Part shown: in pieces, positions 9,339 to 17,538 of the stretch
Layout of the letters: each line of letters begins with the position of its first letter
Position numbering within the stretch: the stretch's first letter is position 1
From: a virus
Lineage: Duplodnaviria; Caudoviricetes
Length of the DNA: 28,501 nt
IMG/VR virus record: IMGVR_UViG_3300032216_000241
Location: 1-28,501 of that record
Reading direction: 5' to 3' (one strand)
Made by a program: the position numbers and the translations under genes
Notes under the pieces: model-generated
Seen by the model: only the letters and a program-made list of their open reading frames with translations
Told to the model about the DNA's origin: nothing
Database searches by the model: none

Positions 9339-10299
9339 TGTGAATGTTTGGAGTTATGGAGTAGAGTTAGAGTATGGAGATAGTTATCGCTTCTGCGAGT
9401 TACCTGAAGGTGCTCAGTGGAATGATAAAGATAATACCTGCGTAAGCACTACTGGTATTGCTAATGACCCAGACGGCAAACTCTACAAGTATGGTGGTGA
9501 GATTAACACTAAGCCAACCTACTCAATTGAAGATCAGATTGAACACATTAAAGCTATCAACGAAACTCTTTGCCCTGCTCCAGTCATAAACTATCGTAGC
9601 AATCTTCACATCCATATTCGTGTACCAAACTTACATAATGATCTAGATTCTTGTAAGAAACTACTCCGTTATGTAGATCGTTATCAACAACAGGCATTTG
9701 ATATTGTCGAAACAATTCCTGTTCCAGATAAGAATACTTTATCGCCAGAGGTATACGAGTGGGCACTCAAACGAATGAAGCGTAGACATAAAAGTCACCA
9801 AAACAAACTTCCAAAATCAAGAGTGGAAGCAATGTTGTCTTCAAACACAACTCAGGAGTTTTTTGAGAACCATGCGCACAAAGATGCTAAGGGTAATCCT
9901 GCTTGGTTCCAATGCCCTCGTGCTGGTATCAATCTGCGACAAATGTGGGAAGAAACAAACACAATTGAGTTTCGTCACTTTCCAGGAACAACAGACATGG
10001 TTGAAATGGAATCGTGCATTCGTTGGTGTAGAGAGTTTCTTAACGCTGCATTGAATCGTGATGATGTCTCGCCAGCAGAGTTTTATACTGAGCAAACATA
10101 TCAGTTTCCAGACTTTCAACCATACGAGTATGAAACCGAACAGATTTATCAGTGGACCAACTTTGATACCAATACAAAAAAAGATATTACCAAACGATTG
10201 GAATCACTAAGAGAACAGATTGATATCGATGCAATCGGATCAGTTACCTCTAAAATGATTTTCCCGATTATGCGTCAACTACAGGAACAAGGTCTATGA
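9331..10299 (+). CDS. putative amidoligase (COOH-NH2 ligase, glutamine synthetase-like fold)
   Basis: YGVELEY, GGEINT, NLHIHI, R-x-x-IN, TIEFRHFPGT motifs; start reassigned to ATG 9331. Confidence 0.78.
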   Translation: MYNVNVWSYGVELEYGDSYRFCELPEGAQWNDKDNTCVSTTGIANDPDGKLYKYGGEINTKPTYSIEDQIEHIKAINETLCPAPVINYRSNLHIHIRVPNLHNDLDSCKKLLRYVDRYQQQAFDIVETIPVPDKNTLSPEVYEWALKRMKRRHKSHQNKLPKSRVEAMLSSNTTQEFFENHAHKDAKGNPAWFQCPRAGINLRQMWEETNTIEFRHFPGTTDMVEMESCIRWCREFLNAALNRDDVSPAEFYTEQTYQFPDFQPYEYETEQIYQWTNFDTNTKKDITKRLESLREQIDIDAIGSVTSKMIFPIMRQLQEQGL

Positions 10300-10733
10300 A
10301 GGTATTGTTTGTATGTCATGGTAACATTAACCGCAGTGCTGCTGGCGAGATTATGCTTAAGCAAATCAAACCAGAATGGGAAGTTAAATCTGCTGCACTG
10401 AAAGATACAAAGGGTGGTGAAAGAACTGCCAAGAAAATGCGTGAAACATTAGTTGATGCTGGGTATCTAGGAGAGATTCGTTCAACTCCGATTAGTCAGG
10501 AATTGGTTGATTGGGCTGATGTTATCTTTTACATGGACGATAGCAACCACAACAAACTCAAAGACAAATTCGGTGATTCCGTATTTGAGAAAGCGATTCG
10601 TATTAGCAATTATGTTTCTGGTGTAACAAAGATTCCAGATCCAAACTTTGCTAAGGGAACTGAGATGCACAAGGAAGTTATTAAATTATTAGAAATCGCT
10701 TTATACAAATACATCAATGAGCAAACAGTATAG
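10296..10733 (+). CDS. low-molecular-weight protein-tyrosine-phosphatase/ArsC-fold phosphatase
   Basis: KVLFVCHGNINRS (CX5R P-loop), WADVIFYMD, IPDP general acid. Confidence 0.88.
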   Translation: MKVLFVCHGNINRSAAGEIMLKQIKPEWEVKSAALKDTKGGERTAKKMRETLVDAGYLGEIRSTPISQELVDWADVIFYMDDSNHNKLKDKFGDSVFEKAIRISNYVSGVTKIPDPNFAKGTEMHKEVIKLLEIALYKYINEQTV

Positions 10734-11394
10734 ACAACAAATGGGGTTTAGTCGTAAAGATGAATTCCATAAGTGGGTTTCTTGTAAAGATATTATTATC
10801 CCAAACTGGCCATTGGTTGAAACGAGAAACGAAAGACTGGTAGAAGTCTTCACCAAGATTAACGAACAACTACCAATTAAGTATGAAGGTAACATTGGAG
10901 ATGATATCTGGAAATGTTACAACTCAGTAAAGGCTAACAACCTACTTCCCAAAATGCGTAATCAAGGTAGAGCAATGGAGCAAGTATATCTTACTTGGCT
11001 TATTGGCTACATGGCAGAGAAAGTATTCACTCCATTTATTGTTGATAAATTGATATTGAGTGGGTTGGAAAGAAATGGTGGCGATGACTTATCAAGCATC
11101 GATACTTTTAAAAGAACTGGCGCAGCAGACTTGGTTGACACTAAAACAAATATCTTTATTGATGTTCAGTGCGGTACTGGAGAAGGTGTTGCTACTATTA
11201 AGAAGCACAAAGTAGATCAAGCACTAAAGGTAGGTGGTACTACCTATGCCTGTATGTTTGGTTTGTTTACTGGAACATACGGTATAGTAAATTTGAATGA
11301 GTTGAAAGACGCAGAGTTTTATAAAAACGAAAGTTGGGAGAATGCCCTTTGTTGGGATGTTCCCTCCGACATATTTAAGAACTGGTATGTTTGA
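10717..11394 (+). CDS. hypothetical protein, possible PD-(D/E)XK restriction-endonuclease-fold nuclease
   Basis: GYMAEKVF...GGDD...ADL...FIDVQ spacing resembles an E...D...(D/E)xQ variant active site; function inferred. Confidence 0.5.
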   Translation: MSKQYRQQMGFSRKDEFHKWVSCKDIIIPNWPLVETRNERLVEVFTKINEQLPIKYEGNIGDDIWKCYNSVKANNLLPKMRNQGRAMEQVYLTWLIGYMAEKVFTPFIVDKLILSGLERNGGDDLSSIDTFKRTGAADLVDTKTNIFIDVQCGTGEGVATIKKHKVDQALKVGGTTYACMFGLFTGTYGIVNLNELKDAEFYKNESWENALCWDVPSDIFKNWYV

Positions 11395-12409
11395 TTATAG
11401 ATTGAAAGAAAATAGCAGAGAAGCGTTCATTCGCTGGTTTGCTTGGTCTGTTGAATATAAAGATTGTGATCCTGCAGTATGGATGACTAACTACATCAAC
11501 GATCGTTATGAACATAATGATGAACAGCGTCTATGGCTTTGTTGGTTGTATGGTAATACTTATCACCTACCAACTGCTTGGGTTCTTATGAACGAGTTTC
11601 CAGACTTTGAGTTGGCTACCGTAGATAGAATAGAACAGTGGAATACTGCCAACTATCAACGACTAAGGTATCAAACTGACACGAAGTGGAACAAGGGACA
11701 CCTCCCAACAATGTTTGCTTCATATAAAGAATTTATTGGAAATACAACGCAACGAGAAGCACTAGAAAGTTACTATGGATTATCAGAGGAAACAAATTTT
11801 GAAAACCTGTGGACTGGCGTTAAGTCTGGCTTGCATAAGTTTGGTCGTTATTCCACTTGGTTTTATCTTCAGCATCTTAAGCATACTGGTAATATTCTTA
11901 TTAGCCCCACTTCTCTCATGCTGGACGATTATTCTGGCAGTCGCTCTCATCGTAATGGATTACTATTGGCCATTGGCAGACCTGACGATATGGATCGAAA
12001 ACTCACTGAACAAGAGTATCGAGATCTTGAGGTTCAGTCTATGGCAATTTTGGAGGAAACTCGATTAAGGTTTCCACACCTTACCCACTCGCTAGACTTC
12101 TTTACTATGGAAACCTGCCTATGTTCCTTTAAAAAGATCTTCCGTGAACGAGAAGGTAGATATCTTGGTTACTATTTGGATCGCCAGTCTGAGGAGATTA
12201 AAAAAGTATCAGCCGATGGTTGGTATGGTATTGAGTGGGAAGTTCTATGGCAAGCCAGAGCCGAAACCTTAGACCAAAGACTTGCAACCAGAGATAATAT
12301 TGCAAAAGAAAAGTTTCCTTTTTTCCTGAATACTGGTAAAATAGATCGTATGGAATGGATGTTTGAGGATGAAGAACCTATGAAAATTGGATTGGAGATG
12401 TTTCAATGA
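11387..12409 (+). CDS. aGPT-PPlase / amino acid:DNA transferase family (HhH-glycosylase fold)
   Basis: DCDP, KFGRYSTWFYLQHL helix-hairpin-helix segment, METCLCSFKK and RYLGYYLDR; adjacent P-loop kinase; start reassigned to ATG 11387. Confidence 0.75.
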   Translation: MFDYRLKENSREAFIRWFAWSVEYKDCDPAVWMTNYINDRYEHNDEQRLWLCWLYGNTYHLPTAWVLMNEFPDFELATVDRIEQWNTANYQRLRYQTDTKWNKGHLPTMFASYKEFIGNTTQREALESYYGLSEETNFENLWTGVKSGLHKFGRYSTWFYLQHLKHTGNILISPTSLMLDDYSGSRSHRNGLLLAIGRPDDMDRKLTEQEYRDLEVQSMAILEETRLRFPHLTHSLDFFTMETCLCSFKKIFREREGRYLGYYLDRQSEEIKKVSADGWYGIEWEVLWQARAETLDQRLATRDNIAKEKFPFFLNTGKIDRMEWMFEDEEPMKIGLEMFQ

Positions 12410-12945
12410 GAAAAATTGTTGCCGTTGGTGGAGTTCCAGGAACAGGGAAAACTACCCTATTCCGAAAGTTTATGGAGAATCTTGAGTGGGAAAGAATGGA
12501 GCCAGTTAAGATGCTTCCGATGCTTTACAACAAGGAACACGATCTTTATATCCTTGGAAAGTACGAAGACGGAGAAACCTTTGCTGGGACAGATCGCCTT
12601 TCTATGGCAGTTCAGCCTATCGCCCAAGAGTTCGTAAGTACTTGCTCCTCTAATATCCTATTCGAAGGGGATAGAATTTTTAATCAATCCTTTTTAGAGT
12701 TCGCATCCAGCCTAAATAATGTAGAGTTGCAAATTGTTTATTTGAAGGCTCCCCAATCTATCCTTGAACAGAGATATGCCGATCGTGGATCGGATCAATC
12801 TGAAACATTTCTTAAGGGAAGAGCCACCAAATACAATAACATACTATCTTCATTCGATTTGATGTCCTATATTACTGAGTTCAATAACACTAACTTAGAG
12901 GAGCAGGGAAAGGTATTGAAGTTTCTGGAGTGCCAGCTACTGTAA
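12406..12945 (+). CDS. P-loop nucleotide kinase of DNA hypermodification clusters (candidate 5-hydroxymethylpyrimidine DNA kinase)
   Basis: GGVPGTGKTT Walker A, LGKY, GTDRLS, LFEGDR, lid R...RG; ATGA overlap with the transferase. Confidence 0.78.
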   Translation: MRKIVAVGGVPGTGKTTLFRKFMENLEWERMEPVKMLPMLYNKEHDLYILGKYEDGETFAGTDRLSMAVQPIAQEFVSTCSSNILFEGDRIFNQSFLEFASSLNNVELQIVYLKAPQSILEQRYADRGSDQSETFLKGRATKYNNILSSFDLMSYITEFNNTNLEEQGKVLKFLECQLL

Positions 12946-12957
12946 CTTTCTACAAGT

Positions 12958-13647
12958 ATGAAATATCTGCAAAGTTTAGATTTCGATTTTATAGAGATGC
13001 TTGACTTTGAGCAGAGACCCTTTCGTGCTAAATTTATCCCTTCTAAGATTTGGACTGATTTAGACAAATACAAAAACGACGCCACTGGCTTGAGAAACTA
13101 TTTCAAGAAGTGGCGTTTTCGCATTAACTGGCACTATGAATCTAAACCAACAAAGCATGTAGCTGTTGGTGGTGGGTATTGGCCAGACAAAGAATATTCT
13201 GAACTGGACATTTGGTGTAGTCCCGAAACAGATTATAATCACTATGAGTTTACTGATGCTTCTTGGACTAGATTTAAGTACAGAGTTATTCAAGTAGCAA
13301 TGCATGAGTTGATCCACTGTAAGCAATACTACGGTAAAGATGAAGACTACTGCGCCAGCAAAGTTTACTACGCTAGAACTGGCATCAAACGAATAGACGA
13401 TACTAGAGAATACCATGCTGGTAGAGATGAGATTGAAGCATATGCCCACTGCGTATATCTAGACTTTAAAACCAAACGACCAAGCATTGCAGTTGCCGAG
13501 TTGATTCGTTACGCTAGAACCTATAAGGTATCAAAAAACCTTTCTGGGATCCAAAGGATCTTTAGAACAGATCGTCACAATGAAGTTATCCCTCTCCTAC
13601 TACGCAAAATCCTAGTCTGGGAAAGAAAATATAATCGCTATTCGTAA
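12958..13647 (+). CDS. putative zincin metallopeptidase
   Basis: AMHELIHCKQ (HExxH) with downstream EIEAYA third ligand. Confidence 0.65.
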   Translation: MKYLQSLDFDFIEMLDFEQRPFRAKFIPSKIWTDLDKYKNDATGLRNYFKKWRFRINWHYESKPTKHVAVGGGYWPDKEYSELDIWCSPETDYNHYEFTDASWTRFKYRVIQVAMHELIHCKQYYGKDEDYCASKVYYARTGIKRIDDTREYHAGRDEIEAYAHCVYLDFKTKRPSIAVAELIRYARTYKVSKNLSGIQRIFRTDRHNEVIPLLLRKILVWERKYNRYS

Positions 13648-13657
13648 CCTAAATATA
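13646..13657 (+). promoter_or_regulatory. putative late promoter AACCTAAATATA
   Basis: Identical 12-mer at 14991; variant of the T4 late TATAAATA; intergenic. Confidence 0.65.
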
Positions 13658-13685
13658 GTCATTATATAAGGTTATTCATTTCATT

Positions 13686-14990
13686 ATGCCAGCGATTAAA
13701 ACAGACTCTAAAGTTCAAAACATAATAATCAAGCATTATACCAATGCTCTGGATAAACAGAAGATCCCAGTGATCAAATCGTCCAGAGGTGGTGCACATC
13801 TACGCATAAACTATGCTGGTGATGCTAAAGTATTATTGAATAAAATCCATCCATGCACACTTAAAGCCACGGATGTTTCCATTTCTGGTTCTTATGTAAC
13901 TCAAGAACTAACAATCGGAAAAGATATCAAAGATGGAACTAAAGTAGTCGCAAAGAATGGTGATAAAATATACTTTATTCTAGCAGTTTCTTCTAAGGGT
14001 GTTCTCAAAACTAAAGACCTAACACCAAACAAATTGGGATTGGGTGGAAAGAAAACCACCAAAGATGGTTTCCTTAAAGCGATTAAAGATGGTCTTGCAA
14101 AGATGGACACTCCCACAAACATCAAAGCATTTTTGTCAGAGTTGATGACAGCTTCTGGAACTGCAGGTGGAACTATTAACTCTACTCACATTGAAGCCAT
14201 TAGCGATACTGACATTAACATCATTGCCAAAGATTTCGGAGAGATGTCTGGTGCTTGGTGGTATATGAACCAATACAATAAAAAAGTAACAGCAATCGAA
14301 TATCCAGCAGATGAATCATCTCCGTTGGTTGACTACTATGCTGTTCAAGGTAAGACAAAGATCGCTATTTCTGCCAAAGCAAACGAAGGTGCACCACCTT
14401 CTATTAATGCCATTGCTGATATTTTAAAGACAATGAAGTTTAGTCAACCAGCAAAAGAAGCAGCAAGAAAAGCAATTATTTCTATTAGCGATAAATCTAC
14501 AGTTGATGGTATTGTTGATGCTGCTAAAGATCTTAGCCATCCAGGATATCTTTGGTTAAAGAAAAAGTTCTTTAAGAACAATGATTTTACCGCAGAAGAA
14601 TGCGAAACTGCTTTAGCCAAATATACAAAACCAGACGCTATTCTGGCAGATTTAAACCCATTCTTTGAATTGATCGGAAGAGCAGCATCTAGAGATATTA
14701 CCAAACGAATATTCGACACTAAAGCCAAGAGGTGGGGTTTGATTATATCACCTTTGGGTTATTCTTTGGTAGACACTTTAAATAGTAATCAAACTTATTT
14801 AAGTGCACTAAACGATGCAGCAAAAACCATTGTTGTATCCCAAATTTATGTTAAACTAAACAAATCGACTAAGACTGTTTCCTATGTTGTAAAGCAGTTT
14901 AGTAGTTCGGGGTTTAAGTTTGAATATAACGCTAATGCTGGCCAACCCTCCCTCAAGAAGATTTCCTTCAAGATGGATAAGAAAGCGTAA
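13686..14990 (+). CDS. hypothetical Lys-rich protein, possible PD-(D/E)XK-fold domain
   Basis: 434-aa ORF; KDFGE...YP...PLVDYY...ISAK spacing reminiscent of variant restriction-endonuclease folds. Confidence 0.5.
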   Translation: MPAIKTDSKVQNIIIKHYTNALDKQKIPVIKSSRGGAHLRINYAGDAKVLLNKIHPCTLKATDVSISGSYVTQELTIGKDIKDGTKVVAKNGDKIYFILAVSSKGVLKTKDLTPNKLGLGGKKTTKDGFLKAIKDGLAKMDTPTNIKAFLSELMTASGTAGGTINSTHIEAISDTDINIIAKDFGEMSGAWWYMNQYNKKVTAIEYPADESSPLVDYYAVQGKTKIAISAKANEGAPPSINAIADILKTMKFSQPAKEAARKAIISISDKSTVDGIVDAAKDLSHPGYLWLKKKFFKNNDFTAEECETALAKYTKPDAILADLNPFFELIGRAASRDITKRIFDTKAKRWGLIISPLGYSLVDTLNSNQTYLSALNDAAKTIVVSQIYVKLNKSTKTVSYVVKQFSSSGFKFEYNANAGQPSLKKISFKMDKKA

Positions 14991-15002
14991 AACCTAAATA
15001 TA
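14991..15002 (+). promoter_or_regulatory. putative late promoter AACCTAAATATA
   Basis: Identical to 13646-13657; upstream of the AAGG ribosome-binding site and ATG 15025. Confidence 0.65.
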
Positions 15003-15024
15003 CAATTATAAGAAGGAAATTCTA

Positions 15025-16236
15025 ATGAAATCGTTCCAAACCTATCTTAAAGAAGAAACCGAAACAGGGCAGAAGCTGAAACACATTGCTCACCCAGAAG
15101 ATCGTCCATTAATGCATGGACACGAAGGTTTCGAGCATGCCCATGCTGCCCTTATGCAAGCCCATGCTCATATGAAAGCTGGCCATAAGTCTAGCAACCT
15201 TACTATGAAATATGATGGTTCACCAGCTATCGTTTTCGGACACCACCCAAAGACTAAAAAGTTCTTTGTTTCCACAAAATCTATCGGTAACAAAGATCCA
15301 AAGATTAACTATAGCCATGCTGATGTTGAAAAGAATCACGGACATGCTCCTGGACTCGCAAAGAAATTACATACTGCTTTAGATCATTTACCAAAGGTCG
15401 CACCAAAAGAAGGTGTTTACCATGGCGACTTAATGCATACTCACGATGATCATAAGATTCACGAGTCTGTTCTTATGGAAGCAAAGGGTGATGTTTCCTT
15501 TACTCCAAACACTATCACCTATACTGCCAAAGGTGATGATGCAAAGAAGGTTAAGAAGTCTAAGATTGGTGTAGTTGTCCACCAACAATATCACGGTAAA
15601 GACACAGAGAGTTTAACTGCTTCTCCTCATCCAGATCTCAGTAAGTTTAAAGAACATCCAGATGTTCATATGCATGGTGCTGAGCATGACACTAGCAAGG
15701 TAACTCACTCTGCTGAGAACGAAGCTGGTTTCCACAAGCACATGGCTGCTGCAAAAGAGATCCATGACACTCATGGTCATAAAATGTATAATGCGATTCA
15801 CCCAAAACACTCTGGTGAATCGGGGCATCTTTCTACTTATGTTAACAGCACAGTTAAGAACGATACAGTTCCAAATGTAAAAGATTTACAAGCGCATGTA
15901 AAAGCGCATCACGATAAGAAAGCTGCTGGTGTTTCTACTGAGAAAGCAAAAGCTACACATACTGCTGAAGGCAATTCTCAGGTTGCTCATATCGAAAAGA
16001 ATAAAGCGCACTACGGTAATCTCTTGTCTATGCACCATCACTTGGCTCAAGCAAAGAACCACTTGGTTAGTTCTCTTGAAACTCACGAAGGTCGTTACGA
16101 GCACCACATTGATGGTAAGAAGTCTAAGCCAGAAGGTTTCGTTGTTAATACAGAACATGGTCCAAACAAATTGGTTAATCGTTCTGAGTTTGCAAAAGCC
16201 AATCTATTAAAACCAAAGAGAGTTGCTCCAAAATGA
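15025..16236 (+). CDS. DUF6267-like protein with ATP-dependent ligase/nucleotidyltransferase motifs; His-rich, capsid-targeting-like N-terminus
   Basis: KYDGSP (motif I KxDG), YHGDLM (III), PEGFVV (IV), KLVNR (V); N-terminus MKSFQTYLKEE. Confidence 0.65.
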   Translation: MKSFQTYLKEETETGQKLKHIAHPEDRPLMHGHEGFEHAHAALMQAHAHMKAGHKSSNLTMKYDGSPAIVFGHHPKTKKFFVSTKSIGNKDPKINYSHADVEKNHGHAPGLAKKLHTALDHLPKVAPKEGVYHGDLMHTHDDHKIHESVLMEAKGDVSFTPNTITYTAKGDDAKKVKKSKIGVVVHQQYHGKDTESLTASPHPDLSKFKEHPDVHMHGAEHDTSKVTHSAENEAGFHKHMAAAKEIHDTHGHKMYNAIHPKHSGESGHLSTYVNSTVKNDTVPNVKDLQAHVKAHHDKKAAGVSTEKAKATHTAEGNSQVAHIEKNKAHYGNLLSMHHHLAQAKNHLVSSLETHEGRYEHHIDGKKSKPEGFVVNTEHGPNKLVNRSEFAKANLLKPKRVAPK

Positions 16237-16850
16237 TTTCGTTTTCTGAATTCTTAGAAGAAACAAAAAAGACAGGCTGCACCTGTTGGACTGGATACAA
16301 ACGCAAGCCAGGAACTAAGCCATGCTCACCTGGATCTTGCGTCAAAGAAGAAACAGAATTGAAGGAAGAACATATCGTTCATGTCGATGATGGTAGTAAC
16401 TATGGTGATAAACCTCACGACAAAGATGTTGAACATGTAATGTCTGGTGTTAAAAAACATAATGGTGAGTTTGATGGACACTCAGACAAAGGTGCTTATT
16501 TTAAATTCAAATCACAGTCTGACGCAAGAAATTTTGCAGACCATGTAAAGCGTTCTCCTCATAAAACAGTGCACGCAGACCTTCACGAAGCAGCAACTGC
16601 TGATGCTAAAGGTTACAAATCATCAACTGGTGGTTTGACTCAAAAGGGTCGTGATCATTTCAATGCACAATCTGGCGGACATCTAAAAGCACCAGTAACA
16701 ACTCCTCCATCAAAGTTGAGTCCTGGTAGCAAAGCAGCAAATCGTCGTAAGTCTTTTTGTGCTAGAATGTCTGGTATGGAAGGTCCAATGAAGAAACCAA
16801 ATGGCGAGCCAAGTCGTAAAGCACTCGCTCTAAGAAAGTGGAATTGCTAA
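16233..16850 (+). CDS. modular probable internal head protein with C-terminal DUF6321-like domain
   Basis: MISFSEFLEE start, CWTGY...CVKEE module, GGLTQKGR...RRKSFCARM...ALRKWNC domain. Confidence 0.6.
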   Translation: MISFSEFLEETKKTGCTCWTGYKRKPGTKPCSPGSCVKEETELKEEHIVHVDDGSNYGDKPHDKDVEHVMSGVKKHNGEFDGHSDKGAYFKFKSQSDARNFADHVKRSPHKTVHADLHEAATADAKGYKSSTGGLTQKGRDHFNAQSGGHLKAPVTTPPSKLSPGSKAANRRKSFCARMSGMEGPMKKPNGEPSRKALALRKWNC

Positions 16851-17497
16851 TGTTATCATTTAAAGATTTTATTCTAGAAGAACTTGGTGGAAAAGAGAAG
16901 ACAGATAAATCTGTTAGTCTTAAATCCAAAGTGATTGCGTTTGGTCGCATGAATCCACCAACTGCTGGTCATGAGCAGGTTGTTAATAAAGTTCGTGAAA
17001 TTGCTAAGAAAGAACATGCTACTCATGCTGTTATTCTTTCACACTCACATGACGCAAAGAAAAACCCTTTATCTCCAGAGAGCAAGGTTAAGCATGCTAA
17101 GAATGCATTTCCTGGAACTCATATAGAAGCTGCATCTAAAGAAGCACCAACTATTCTACATCATGCTGCCAAAGCACATGCTGCTGGCGTTCAACATCTA
17201 CATGTTGTTGCTGGTTCTGATCGTAAAGAAGCCATGCATGATCTATTACACAAATATAATGGTGTAAAGGCTAGTCATGGTCACTATAAATTTAAGTCAA
17301 TTACGGTACATTCTTCTGGTGACAGAGATCCTGATTCAGACGAGGGAACTGCTGGAGTATCTGGCACCAAAATGCGTGCCCATGCTGGTTCAGGTAACAA
17401 AACTGAGTTCCACAAAAACCTGCCTAGCAAGATGAAACCAGAACATAAAGATGCTTTATACAATGATGTCCGAAAAGGAATGGGACATAAAGATTAG
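16850..17497 (+). CDS. HIGH-superfamily (cytidylyltransferase-like) nucleotidyltransferase
   Basis: FGRMNPPTAGH (TxGH), KNPL, VAGSDR, RDPD, SGTKMR; ATG 16850 by TAATG coupling. Confidence 0.8.
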   Translation: MLSFKDFILEELGGKEKTDKSVSLKSKVIAFGRMNPPTAGHEQVVNKVREIAKKEHATHAVILSHSHDAKKNPLSPESKVKHAKNAFPGTHIEAASKEAPTILHHAAKAHAAGVQHLHVVAGSDRKEAMHDLLHKYNGVKASHGHYKFKSITVHSSGDRDPDSDEGTAGVSGTKMRAHAGSGNKTEFHKNLPSKMKPEHKDALYNDVRKGMGHKD

Positions 17498-17502
17498 TAT
17501 TC

Positions 17503-17509
17503 CTAAATA
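17503..17509 (+). promoter_or_regulatory. putative late promoter CTAAATA
   Basis: Intergenic CCTAAATA upstream of ATG 17539. Confidence 0.55.
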
Positions 17510-17538
17510 GTTAAATATATTTTTATAGATGGGTCAAA

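Noticed and set aside
10296-10733. Arsenate reductase / arsenic-resistance call
   Set aside because: It lacks the additional redox cysteines and any ars context.
11387-12409. Ordinary base-excision repair glycosylase
   Set aside because: The ETCLC.FKK motif and coupling to the P-loop kinase fit the aGPT-PPlase transferase branch better; not formally excluded without a profile search.
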